Source of the DNA: Victivallaceae bacterium
Lineage (GTDB): Bacteria > Verrucomicrobiota > Lentisphaeria > Victivallales > Victivallaceae
Length of the DNA: 55,527 nucleotides
Direction: 5' to 3'
Assembly: GCA_045587205.1 (NCBI GenBank)
Contig: JAZNBV010000079.1
Coordinates: 1-55,527 of the forward strand
The notes under the pieces were generated by a model. That model searched no databases. It was not told the DNA's origin and saw only the letters and a program-made list of their open reading frames with translations. This document shows, one piece after another, positions 28,057 to 36,458 of this stretch (position 1 is its first letter; every line of letters begins with the position of its first letter). A program made the translations under genes and the position numbers.

Positions 28057-29361
28057 TCAACCAATGATAATGCGTTCTTCCGGATAACTGATCCGGCTGA
28101 CCCTTTCCCGGTCAAGTAGAAAAAGAAATATTGTAAACGGGCCTATCCGCCCCAGAAACATAAAAACTATTATCAGCATTTTTGCCGGCGTAGGCAGTGC
28201 TCCGGTAACATCCATACTCAAACCGGTGGTGGAAAGTGCCGATGCTGCTTCAAACCACACTGCCTGCTCACTGTAGGCGAGCATTGGCGAAAGCACCGCA
28301 GCTCCGCCGGCAACCAGCAGCACAAATGTTACAATAATGGTAAACGACTTGAGTATATTGTCCATAGCAATTTCGCGCCGGAACAGCAGTACCCGGCTGT
28401 TGCCCAGGAAAGTGTTGATGATCGCCAGCACCGCCACCCCGACCACAGTAACTTTCATACCGCCGCCCGTGGAACCGGGCGCTGCTCCGATCATCATAAA
28501 AATAATGATCATCGATATTGTATTAGGCGAAAGTTCGCTCAACGGCACCGTGCAGTACCCCGCTGTACGCGATGATACCGACATAAAAAACGCATCCACC
28601 CAGGCAATCGGTTCATTGCCTTCAAGGTGTTCAAAAAGTTTTATCAGCACCGTTCCGGTTACGATCAATATCAATGAGGAGATCACCACCAGACGGGTAT
28701 GGATCTGCAGAAGTGCCATCTTGCGGCGGGTATGGGTTATATCATATATAACATAAATACCGATTCCCCCGGCTATGATCAGAAATGCCACGATCAGTTT
28801 TATTGCCGGACCGAAATCCTGCAGACTGTTGTCAAACGGACTGAACCCGGCATTGCAGAAGCCGGCTATACTGTGAAAAATCCCGTAATAGCAGCATTCA
28901 AGAAAAGTAAATTTATTTTCCAGCATAAATGCTCCTATGAGCAGTATTGCCCCCACTGCTTCGATATTGAATGTGTAGGAGATAACAGTTTTGAGCAGCC
29001 CCTCGGTGTTGCGGAAAGAAAAACGATCACTCAAATTACTCATCATCATCGTGTTGCCGAAACTCATACCTTTCCCCAGAAACAAGACGATCGAAGCTGT
29101 CAGCGTCATAATTCCGATACCTCCGATCTGCACCATAAACAGCAGAATTATCTGTCCGGCAAGAGTAAACTGCGATACAGGCACCGAAGTCAACCCGGTA
29201 ACGCTCACTGCACTGGTGGACACAAATGCCGCATCGCTCCAGCTCAATGCATCCGTTCCGCGGTAACAGAATGGCATTTTAAGCACCAATGTACCGATCA
29301 GCATCAAAGCGGCAAAAGAGAATATAAAATAAAGCTGACTCTGTTTGACCAGACTTTTCAT
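28057..29361 (-). CDS. trkH: TrkH/KtrB family cation transporter
   Basis: Polytopic membrane protein with repeated pore-loop-like GxG regions (IGGIGIMTL, GGGMKVTV), typical of the Trk/Ktr/HKT superfamily. Immediately upstream of trkA. Confidence 0.7.
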   Translation of the reverse strand: MKSLVKQSQLYFIFSFAALMLIGTLVLKMPFCYRGTDALSWSDAAFVSTSAVSVTGLTSVPVSQFTLAGQIILLFMVQIGGIGIMTLTASIVLFLGKGMSFGNTMMMSNLSDRFSFRNTEGLLKTVISYTFNIEAVGAILLIGAFMLENKFTFLECCYYGIFHSIAGFCNAGFSPFDNSLQDFGPAIKLIVAFLIIAGGIGIYVIYDITHTRRKMALLQIHTRLVVISSLILIVTGTVLIKLFEHLEGNEPIAWVDAFFMSVSSRTAGYCTVPLSELSPNTISMIIIFMMIGAAPGSTGGGMKVTVVGVAVLAIINTFLGNSRVLLFRREIAMDNILKSFTIIVTFVLLVAGGAAVLSPMLAYSEQAVWFEAASALSTTGLSMDVTGALPTPAKMLIIVFMFLGRIGPFTIFLFLLDRERVSRISYPEERIIIG

Positions 29362-30185
29362 TTTCTTTTGCCTTCCTCCGCGGCAAGATCGATCGGGCTG
29401 AATTTTATTTTATTTTCTGCAATATTGTATTCGATCAGACTCATCACCCCGTTGCGGGTGACACTTCCGGCGCAATTTTCACCGTGACCGTTTTCATCCA
29501 CCCGGCAATACGGCTTGTGAACGTGACCGCACAACGCCAGATCGATGCTGCCGTCACCCAGCAGTTTGAGTATATCTTTCTGTCCGAACAACCGGTGCCG
29601 TATCCGCAGAACGGGGTGGTCTTCAAACAGCGGATAATGCGTCACAAGTATGCGCGGACGCTTCTTTTCCTGTCTGCAGAGATCCTTTATCCAGAGATTG
29701 TCACTTGCGCTGACAAATCCCCACGAACAGAGCAAATTTGAAGGTCTGCTGGTATTCAGCATCAGAAAATCCACATCACAAACTCTCCGCACACGCGGCA
29801 ATGAATCAAAATTGAACTCCGCACCATTCAGAAAACTCACTGCATTCTTCATTGCTGTCACGCATTTGCTGCGTTTTACATAGCAATCGTGATTTCCCGG
29901 CATATATACCAGCGGAATACCTGACTCCTGCAGCGGCTTCAGTATCTCCAATGTTTTGGCAAATTCCCCCGGCTGACCGGTACTGGTGAGATCGCCGGTA
30001 CAGACTGCAGCGTCGGGTTTGACTGCAAGAATATACTCCACAGCCTTTTCCAGCAGTTTAAGGTCGTGCCGGAAACGGCGGCGGAAACGGTAGTTGAACA
30101 CCCCCACCCAGCGCTTATCAAAATACGCCATCCAATCTTCTGCGGATCCTCCGGCGTGAGGGTCGGAAAAATGAACTATTTTCAT
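29358..30185 (-). CDS. Calcineurin-like metallophosphoesterase
   Basis: MKIVHFSDPHAGG, GDLTSTG and MPGNHD are metallophosphatase motifs I, II and III. Confidence 0.7.
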   Translation of the reverse strand: MKIVHFSDPHAGGSAEDWMAYFDKRWVGVFNYRFRRRFRHDLKLLEKAVEYILAVKPDAAVCTGDLTSTGQPGEFAKTLEILKPLQESGIPLVYMPGNHDCYVKRSKCVTAMKNAVSFLNGAEFNFDSLPRVRRVCDVDFLMLNTSRPSNLLCSWGFVSASDNLWIKDLCRQEKKRPRILVTHYPLFEDHPVLRIRHRLFGQKDILKLLGDGSIDLALCGHVHKPYCRVDENGHGENCAGSVTRNGVMSLIEYNIAENKIKFSPIDLAAEEGKRK

Positions 30186-30189
30186 AAAG

Positions 30190-33141
30190 TTACTTTGCTT
30201 CCGTCATCTCTTTGAGCGCATTCTGGAAACTCAACCAGCTGCCGTAGGTCTTTTTCAATGCCGCCAGCTGCTGCTCGTTGGCAAGGAATATGGCGCGTTT
30301 GAAGTAGCCGCGGGGAACCATATCCACACGTTCTTTCCAGAACTTGTCAGGAGCGATCACTGACAAACGTTCCTGCATATTGCCGGTGCAGAGCATATAA
30401 TAGAAATACTGATCGCTCTTGCCGTGCAATATCTCTACACAATGCACAAAGTCGCGCACTTCCACCAGAGTCAATTTCTGTGCCGGCAGCGGCATCTTGA
30501 TTCTCCCCATAACCAATGTTCCGGAACAGGCGCGTGTGGCAATATTCACACTGGCTGTTACAGTGAATTTCACCGGCTTGGGCGGTTTGGGTTTAGCTGC
30601 TTTCTTGCCTTTTTGGGGTTTGGCCTTGACCGGCACAACCTTGGGAGTGACCTGCATTGCTACGCTGAAATTCAATACCGTTCTGTTGGTGGATACCAGT
30701 CTGAAGCTCTCTTTCCAGTCGATTTCAAATGTTTTCCACTCATACATATTCCACTTTATCCGCGATTTCGGATCTTTTACACCTTTTTCGTAGGCTTCCG
30801 CCAGCCAGCGTTTCAGGACTTTATCCATAATCAGAGCCTTACGCCCGATCAGATGATTTTTGAATTTGTTTTTCTGCAATTCTGCGGGAAAAGTCTTTGC
30901 CTGTCCGGCTGCAAATTCTGTACGCGCAGCATATTCTGCAAGCATATCAGCCACCGGTTTAAAACCTTCCCGGTCAGCCACCCGCTGCGGTTCAGCTTTG
31001 GCAGCTGCAACAGCTTTCTGGAAAAGCGTCCAATTGGCGGCATTACCGCTTTTCACCGCATTGATCATTGCATAATCCAGCATACTCATCTTGCGGTTCA
31101 GGTCTTTACGATAATTTTCCGCCGACTCTTCCGCCAGATCGAATGCAGCCTTTTCAGCATTTCTTATCCGGGTCAGATATTCCTGCGAATCAGCACGTTT
31201 TTCCATATAGGCAACGGTTCTGTTGTATCCGTCGATCAAAGTCTTGCGCGCCGGCAGAATATTCAAACGCTCGTCGGCATCCAGAAAACTGTCTTCCAAC
31301 TGTTTCAAGAACTCGGTTTCGACCTTGTTTGCCGGCTTGAGTTTAGCTGAAGAACTCCGCCAGATCCGGACAAATTCCCGTTCATTATTCAAAAGAATTC
31401 CTTCCAGACGCTTGGCTTCACGCATAAAAGCAGAAAGCACCGGTGCCTTGGGCACCTGCGGCTGCATCGGAACAGCCACTGCCGGCTGCGGTTCAGCTTC
31501 GACAACTTCTGTTTCAACTGCTTTCGGCTCCGGCTTTACCACTGCCGGAACACTCTTTTTTACTTCCACAGCAGCCGGTTTTGCCTTTGCCTTGCGGGAA
31601 TTGTTCCAAAAATAAAATGCTCCACCGGCAACCGCCAGCAGCAGAACAATACTTACAATAATCAACACAGCTTTGCCGCTGCCTTTATCATCATTGTCAT
31701 CTTCTGCATCGCAGCTGTCAGCATTTTTATCTTCTGCCGGCGATTTTTCTCCAGCAACAGGAGCATCATTTTCAGGAGGAACATTTTCTGCTGCTTTCTC
31801 TGAAGTGCTTTCAGCAGCGGGTTCAACACTGTTTTCTTCAGTTTTTTCCGGTTCTGCGGCAGGAGATTCAGCGTTTTCCTCCGCAGTTTCAGGAGCTTTG
31901 GGAGGTTCAACAGTTTTTGCAGCAGCCACAGCCAATTTTATTTTCGGAGCGGCAGCAGGTTTTACTTCGGGTGCATCTGCAGTTTCACCTGCTGCATTTT
32001 CCGGCGCTCCGGGAACAGCATCTTTATTCACACGGTCGGCAACTTTGATCGACAATTTTGCAGGAGAAGAGGGTACCGCCAGTTTAGGCTGCACTCCTCC
32101 GCTGCTCAATCCACCGGACAGTTTTGCTGTAGCCTGACTCAAGGTATTGCCGCCAAGACCCTTATTACCGGAAAGTCCGCCGCCGAGTCCGCCGGGGGTA
32201 TCACCTTTTTCCAGAAAATCCTTCAGAACCTTTGCCAGTTCAGAACAATCCTGATAACGGGCTTCCGGAGTCTTTGCCATCATCTTTACAATAATATCAT
32301 TGAGAGTCTGCGGCAGTTCCGGCAATATAGTTTTCGGAGGAGTAAGAGTGCCGTAAACGTGCATCTTGGCAATTTCGTCAGTATTTTCTGCATTGTACGG
32401 AAACTGTCCGGTCACCAGATGATAAAAAGTGGCTCCCAGACTGTAAATATCGCTGCGCGTATCGGTCTGTACACCGGTAAGCTGTTCCGGACTTATGTAC
32501 TGCGGAGTACCCAGAACTTCATCGCTTTCATCGTTTGCATCTTCACCGAATACTGCCGAAAGACCCAAATCCGCCAGTTTGATGCGTTCATTGGAACACT
32601 GCATTATGTTGTCAGGTTTTATATCGTGGTGGATAAGTTTCTGTTCTTTCCACGCACAATCCAGAGCATTTGCCACCTGCATAATGATCGAAGCGGCCTT
32701 TTTGGGCTCGATCTTACCTTTTTCCTGCATAATTTCCTTCATCGTTTTGCCGTCGATGAATTCCATTGCAAAAAAGAATATCCCCTCATCTTCCCCTACC
32801 GCGTATGCCTGCACGATATTGGGGTGATTGAGCTTTGCAGCAGAACGGGCTTCGCGGATGAATGCCTGAACAGATTCAGAATCTTTGCTGTATTCGGAAT
32901 TCAATATCTTGATTGCCGCCGGTCTGTCCAGCGACAACTGATGAGCCAGATATACCACCCCCATACCACCGGCACCGAGTTTGCGTACCAGCAGAAAGTC
33001 CCCCAGCACCATACCCGGCGAAAGCCGGTCAGCAGGCATCTTGACTTCTTTTGAACAATAAGCACAAACTGTGGGCGCTCCGGGCTCCCAGACGTCGGAA
33101 GCTATAATGCCCCGGCAAAACGGACATTGAAAACGGATCAT
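30190..33141 (-). CDS. Hanks-type Ser/Thr protein kinase with N-terminal zinc ribbon, low-complexity linker, single TM and a large extracytoplasmic C-terminal domain
   Basis: CPFC..CAYC zinc ribbon. Gly-rich loop GAGGMGVVY, VAIK-type AIKIL, catalytic loop HHDIKPDNIM, DLG, APE-like SPEQ. Ala/Pro/Glu/Lys-rich region. TM helix AVLIIVSIVLLLAVAGGAFYFW. About 480 aa follow the TM helix. Confidence 0.85.
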   Translation of the reverse strand: MIRFQCPFCRGIIASDVWEPGAPTVCAYCSKEVKMPADRLSPGMVLGDFLLVRKLGAGGMGVVYLAHQLSLDRPAAIKILNSEYSKDSESVQAFIREARSAAKLNHPNIVQAYAVGEDEGIFFFAMEFIDGKTMKEIMQEKGKIEPKKAASIIMQVANALDCAWKEQKLIHHDIKPDNIMQCSNERIKLADLGLSAVFGEDANDESDEVLGTPQYISPEQLTGVQTDTRSDIYSLGATFYHLVTGQFPYNAENTDEIAKMHVYGTLTPPKTILPELPQTLNDIIVKMMAKTPEARYQDCSELAKVLKDFLEKGDTPGGLGGGLSGNKGLGGNTLSQATAKLSGGLSSGGVQPKLAVPSSPAKLSIKVADRVNKDAVPGAPENAAGETADAPEVKPAAAPKIKLAVAAAKTVEPPKAPETAEENAESPAAEPEKTEENSVEPAAESTSEKAAENVPPENDAPVAGEKSPAEDKNADSCDAEDDNDDKGSGKAVLIIVSIVLLLAVAGGAFYFWNNSRKAKAKPAAVEVKKSVPAVVKPEPKAVETEVVEAEPQPAVAVPMQPQVPKAPVLSAFMREAKRLEGILLNNEREFVRIWRSSSAKLKPANKVETEFLKQLEDSFLDADERLNILPARKTLIDGYNRTVAYMEKRADSQEYLTRIRNAEKAAFDLAEESAENYRKDLNRKMSMLDYAMINAVKSGNAANWTLFQKAVAAAKAEPQRVADREGFKPVADMLAEYAARTEFAAGQAKTFPAELQKNKFKNHLIGRKALIMDKVLKRWLAEAYEKGVKDPKSRIKWNMYEWKTFEIDWKESFRLVSTNRTVLNFSVAMQVTPKVVPVKAKPQKGKKAAKPKPPKPVKFTVTASVNIATRACSGTLVMGRIKMPLPAQKLTLVEVRDFVHCVEILHGKSDQYFYYMLCTGNMQERLSVIAPDKFWKERVDMVPRGYFKRAIFLANEQQLAALKKTYGSWLSFQNALKEMTEAK

Positions 33142-33232
33142 AAACCACTCCCGTTAAAATTTTTCCACAAAAATACTTGCTGTAATATAACACACCAAAA
33201 TCAATCCGCACAATTTTATAACTTAATAAATC

Positions 33233-34099
33233 TTATTTTTTTTCAATTTTTATATCAGAAACCACATAAACACCGCTTTTTTGTGCATTTTTCCGCAAAA
33301 AAAGCATAATTTCCGGTAACCGTGCGGGCATTGCACCTTTGTTAAAACTCAAAAAATGTTCAACTGTCAGCGGATAACGGCGCGAAATTATATTCCCCAA
33401 TGTCGGTTCAACATTGTTTATCTTGAGCACCTTGTACTTTTTGTCTTTATTTTCAGCCAGCCGCCAGGAACCGAATACAATCGTACCCGGCACTGCCTGA
33501 AGTACCGCCGCCGCAGCACGGGCATTGCGGCAGAGCAGCATATCCGGTTTTATCAACCCGGAAGCATCCGGCAGTTTACCGCCGTAGATATCCTGCTGCA
33601 TAACCAGTTTGCGGAATCCTCTGCCGATGGCATTCTGCAAAGCACTGCCGGCAATATACACCTTCTGATCAGCTCCACCCAGCCGCGACCAGTTGTTGAC
33701 CCGTCCGGAATAAATACGCCGCAGATCTTCTATGGAAATACTCTCCAGCGTGGAATCGCTGCTAACTGCCACGACAACCGGCAGCAAACCGTAAGCGGCG
33801 CAGTCAAAGCGCACAGAATCATATTTGCGCAGATCCTCACAGACGACCGCGCAGTTTTCCGCCAGAGCGCCATCGACAGGCAGATCCCCCTTTTTTACCG
33901 AGACAGCAAGATTATCCGGCAGAACTGCAGCTTTATCAACCTCCAGAACACGGCTGAAAAAAGCTTGGATACCCATACCTCCATTGGAACTGTCCAGCAG
34001 TACAAATGACTCTTCAGCGGCAAAAACAGATGTAAAACTGCCGATCAGCAGCATACCTGTCAACAATATGCAGTTTAAATTCATACCGGTAAACTCCAT
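33233..34099 (-). CDS. PstS-family (PBP-like) periplasmic phosphate-binding-like protein
   Basis: Signal peptide. ISIEDLRRIYSGRVNNWSRLGGADQKVYIAG matches the PstS/PBP_like_2 hallmark (L.qL..IfsGki.nW.e.gG.d..i.v). Confidence 0.55.
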   Translation of the reverse strand: MEFTGMNLNCILLTGMLLIGSFTSVFAAEESFVLLDSSNGGMGIQAFFSRVLEVDKAAVLPDNLAVSVKKGDLPVDGALAENCAVVCEDLRKYDSVRFDCAAYGLLPVVVAVSSDSTLESISIEDLRRIYSGRVNNWSRLGGADQKVYIAGSALQNAIGRGFRKLVMQQDIYGGKLPDASGLIKPDMLLCRNARAAAAVLQAVPGTIVFGSWRLAENKDKKYKVLKINNVEPTLGNIISRRYPLTVEHFLSFNKGAMPARLPEIMLFLRKNAQKSGVYVVSDIKIEKK

Positions 34100-34189
34100 T
34101 TAATTGTGAATTCAATACATAAAATGTAACCCGTTGGCGGTCAGTTGTCAAGTTTTTATTCAAAAAAGCTGTACTGCGGGAAAAAAAAG

Positions 34190-34217
34190 TTGCAAAAAAA
34201 ATCTTTGGGAATATATT
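34190..34217 (+). promoter_or_regulatory. Sigma70-like promoter of the NuoE/NuoF/GltD-like operon
   Basis: TTGCAA (34190-34195), 16-nt spacer, TATATT (34212-34217). RBS GAAGGAGAG before the ATG at 34277. Confidence 0.4.
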
Positions 34218-34276
34218 ACTGGTATGTTTTTTCAGAAAACAGTATTAATGTATATATCACGAAGGAGAGATGCCCG

Positions 34277-34729
34277 ATGGAGCAGATAAAGTCCTGCCTT
34301 GCGGCAATTACCCCGGAACCGGGCAACCTGATCAGGGGACTGCAGGCAATTCAGACCTGCGAAGGTTATGTGTCTGATGATGCCATCAGAATTGCGGCAG
34401 ATTATTTCAAGGTAGCACCGGTGGAAATCGAAGGTGTTTTAAGTTTTTACGCACAGTTCAAACGAGTCAAGCCCGGCAGATATACCGTTGCAGTATGCGA
34501 TGGAACTGCCTGTCACATCAAAGGCTCCCCGCTGATCATCGAATGGTTGAGCGATGCCTTGAAGATCCATCCCGGAGAAACCGACGCCGAAGGCAATTTT
34601 ACGATTGAAAAAGTTTCCTGTCTGGGCTGCTGCAGTCTGGCTCCGGTAATGGCGGTCAACGGTACAGTGTACGGCAAACTTGACCGTAAAAAAGTGATCC
34701 GTATCCTCAAGGAGTATCAGAACAAATGA
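34277..34729 (+). CDS. NuoE/HydC-like [2Fe-2S] thioredoxin-fold subunit (Stn/Nfn-type complex)
   Basis: Cys pattern C(x4)C...C(x3)C (VCDGTACH...SCLGCCSLAPV), as in NuoE and the NADH-dehydrogenase 24-kDa subunit. Start at 34277 has a strong RBS. Confidence 0.75.
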   Translation: MEQIKSCLAAITPEPGNLIRGLQAIQTCEGYVSDDAIRIAADYFKVAPVEIEGVLSFYAQFKRVKPGRYTVAVCDGTACHIKGSPLIIEWLSDALKIHPGETDAEGNFTIEKVSCLGCCSLAPVMAVNGTVYGKLDRKKVIRILKEYQNK

Positions 34730-36441
34730 TCCACAGCAATATTGCAGAAATCCGCCTGGGTACAGCCAGTTGCGGTATAGCCTCGGGCGCCGGAGCAGTT
34801 CTGGAAAAAATGCAGGCAATGGAACCCGGATTCAAGATCACCGAAGTCGGCTGTGTCGGGTGCTGCTATGCCGAACCGCTGGCGGAAGTCATCACCAAAG
34901 ACGGCGAATCGGTATTCTACGGCAATCTCACTGCCGATGAAAAATGCCTGAACAACATCTTTTCTTTAAGCAGCGAAGGCAGATTCACTGAACCGGAAGC
35001 CCGCCGCACCAAAACCCTGCCCAAAGTGCTCAAACTTGCCGGCCGTATCAACCCGGTGGATATTGAATCATATATCAACGCCGGCGGTTACCGTGCGTTG
35101 TGCAAAGCACAGGAAATGAGTCCGGAAGCGATCGTCAACGCTGTAAAAGCTTCCGGACTGCGCGGTCGCGGAGGCGGCGGATTCCCAACCGGTATGAAGT
35201 GGGGTTTTCTGGCTGCTAAAAATGCACCGGAAAAAATTATTATCTGCAACGCTGATGAAGGCGACCCCGGAGCATTTATGGACCGCTCGCTTATGGAAAG
35301 CGTACCGCATCAGGTGCTGGAAGGTATGCTTATAGCCGCAGCCGCCACCGGAGCGACCAAACTCTTCATCTACTGCCGCGCCGAATACCCGATGGCAATA
35401 AAGAATCTGAAAATCGCTATCGAAGAAATCAAAGCCAATTCACTGAATATCGTTCACGGCAGAGAACTGGAAATCATTATCAAAGAAGGCGCCGGAGCCT
35501 TTGTCTGCGGCGAAGAAACCGCTTTGATCGCCTCGTTGGAAGGCAAACGCGGTACTCCCCGGTTCCGTCCGCCCTTTCCAACCGACAGCGGGTATCACCA
35601 GCTGCCGACAATGATCAACAATGTGGAAACTTTCGGAAACATCCCGGCGATTATCGATGAAGGTGCCGAAGTCTATGCTGCAATCGGCACCGAAACCAGC
35701 AAAGGCACCAAGATTTTTGCCCTTGCCGGCGATTTGAAATACCCCGGACTGGTGGAAGTGCCTATGGGTATAACCCTGCGGGAAATAGTTTTTGACATCG
35801 GCGGTGCGGACCCCGAAAACGTCAAAGCTGTGCAAACCGGCGGTCCTTCCGGCGGCTGCATACCAGTGGAACTGTTTGACACCCCGGTAGATTATGATTC
35901 CCTGCGCAGTCTGGGGGCAATTATGGGTTCCGGCGGTATGATCGTGATCGGCAAAAACCGCTGTATGGTGGAAACCGCCCGCTATTTTCTGGACTTCACC
36001 CGGCGCGAATCCTGCGGCAAATGCACATTCTGCCGGGTGGGAACCACCCGGATGTTTGAAACATTGGAACGCATCACCGCCGGGCAAGGTACTCTGCAGG
36101 ATATCGAAATGCTGGAAAACCTGGGCAATCAGGTTCGTAAAGGTTCGCTCTGCGGCCTGGGTCAGACGGCGCCGAATCCGGTTCTTGCCACATTGCGCTA
36201 CTTCAAAAACGAATACCTTGACCACGTGGAAAAGCACACCTGTACAGCTTTGGAGTGCAACGCCCTTGTACAACTCAAGCTTGATCAGAGCAAGTGTGTG
36301 AAGTGTAAACTCTGCATCAAGAGTTGTCCCACCGGAGCGATCAGCAGCGATTTTATCATCGATCCGGACAAATGTACCCGCTGCAACAGCTGCATAGAGA
36401 TCTGCCCCAAAAAGGCGATCCGCCGCCACCCCAACGCTTGA
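34726..36441 (+). CDS. NuoF/HydB-like NAD(H)- and FMN-binding subunit with [4Fe-4S] clusters
   Basis: GRGGGGFPTGMKW (FMN/NADH site), a C-terminal 4Fe-4S motif (ESCGKCTFCR) and two ferredoxin CxxCxxCxxxCP motifs. Confidence 0.8.
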   Translation: MIHSNIAEIRLGTASCGIASGAGAVLEKMQAMEPGFKITEVGCVGCCYAEPLAEVITKDGESVFYGNLTADEKCLNNIFSLSSEGRFTEPEARRTKTLPKVLKLAGRINPVDIESYINAGGYRALCKAQEMSPEAIVNAVKASGLRGRGGGGFPTGMKWGFLAAKNAPEKIIICNADEGDPGAFMDRSLMESVPHQVLEGMLIAAAATGATKLFIYCRAEYPMAIKNLKIAIEEIKANSLNIVHGRELEIIIKEGAGAFVCGEETALIASLEGKRGTPRFRPPFPTDSGYHQLPTMINNVETFGNIPAIIDEGAEVYAAIGTETSKGTKIFALAGDLKYPGLVEVPMGITLREIVFDIGGADPENVKAVQTGGPSGGCIPVELFDTPVDYDSLRSLGAIMGSGGMIVIGKNRCMVETARYFLDFTRRESCGKCTFCRVGTTRMFETLERITAGQGTLQDIEMLENLGNQVRKGSLCGLGQTAPNPVLATLRYFKNEYLDHVEKHTCTALECNALVQLKLDQSKCVKCKLCIKSCPTGAISSDFIIDPDKCTRCNSCIEICPKKAIRRHPNA

Positions 36442-36458
36442 GATAATGAGGTAACCCA

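Noticed and set aside
31400-32200. Apparent repetitiveness in the kinase gene (GC-rich, recurring gcagc/gctgc)
   Set aside because: It reflects the Ala/Pro/Glu-rich low-complexity protein linker, not a DNA tandem repeat or CRISPR-like array. No regular period or spacer structure is present.
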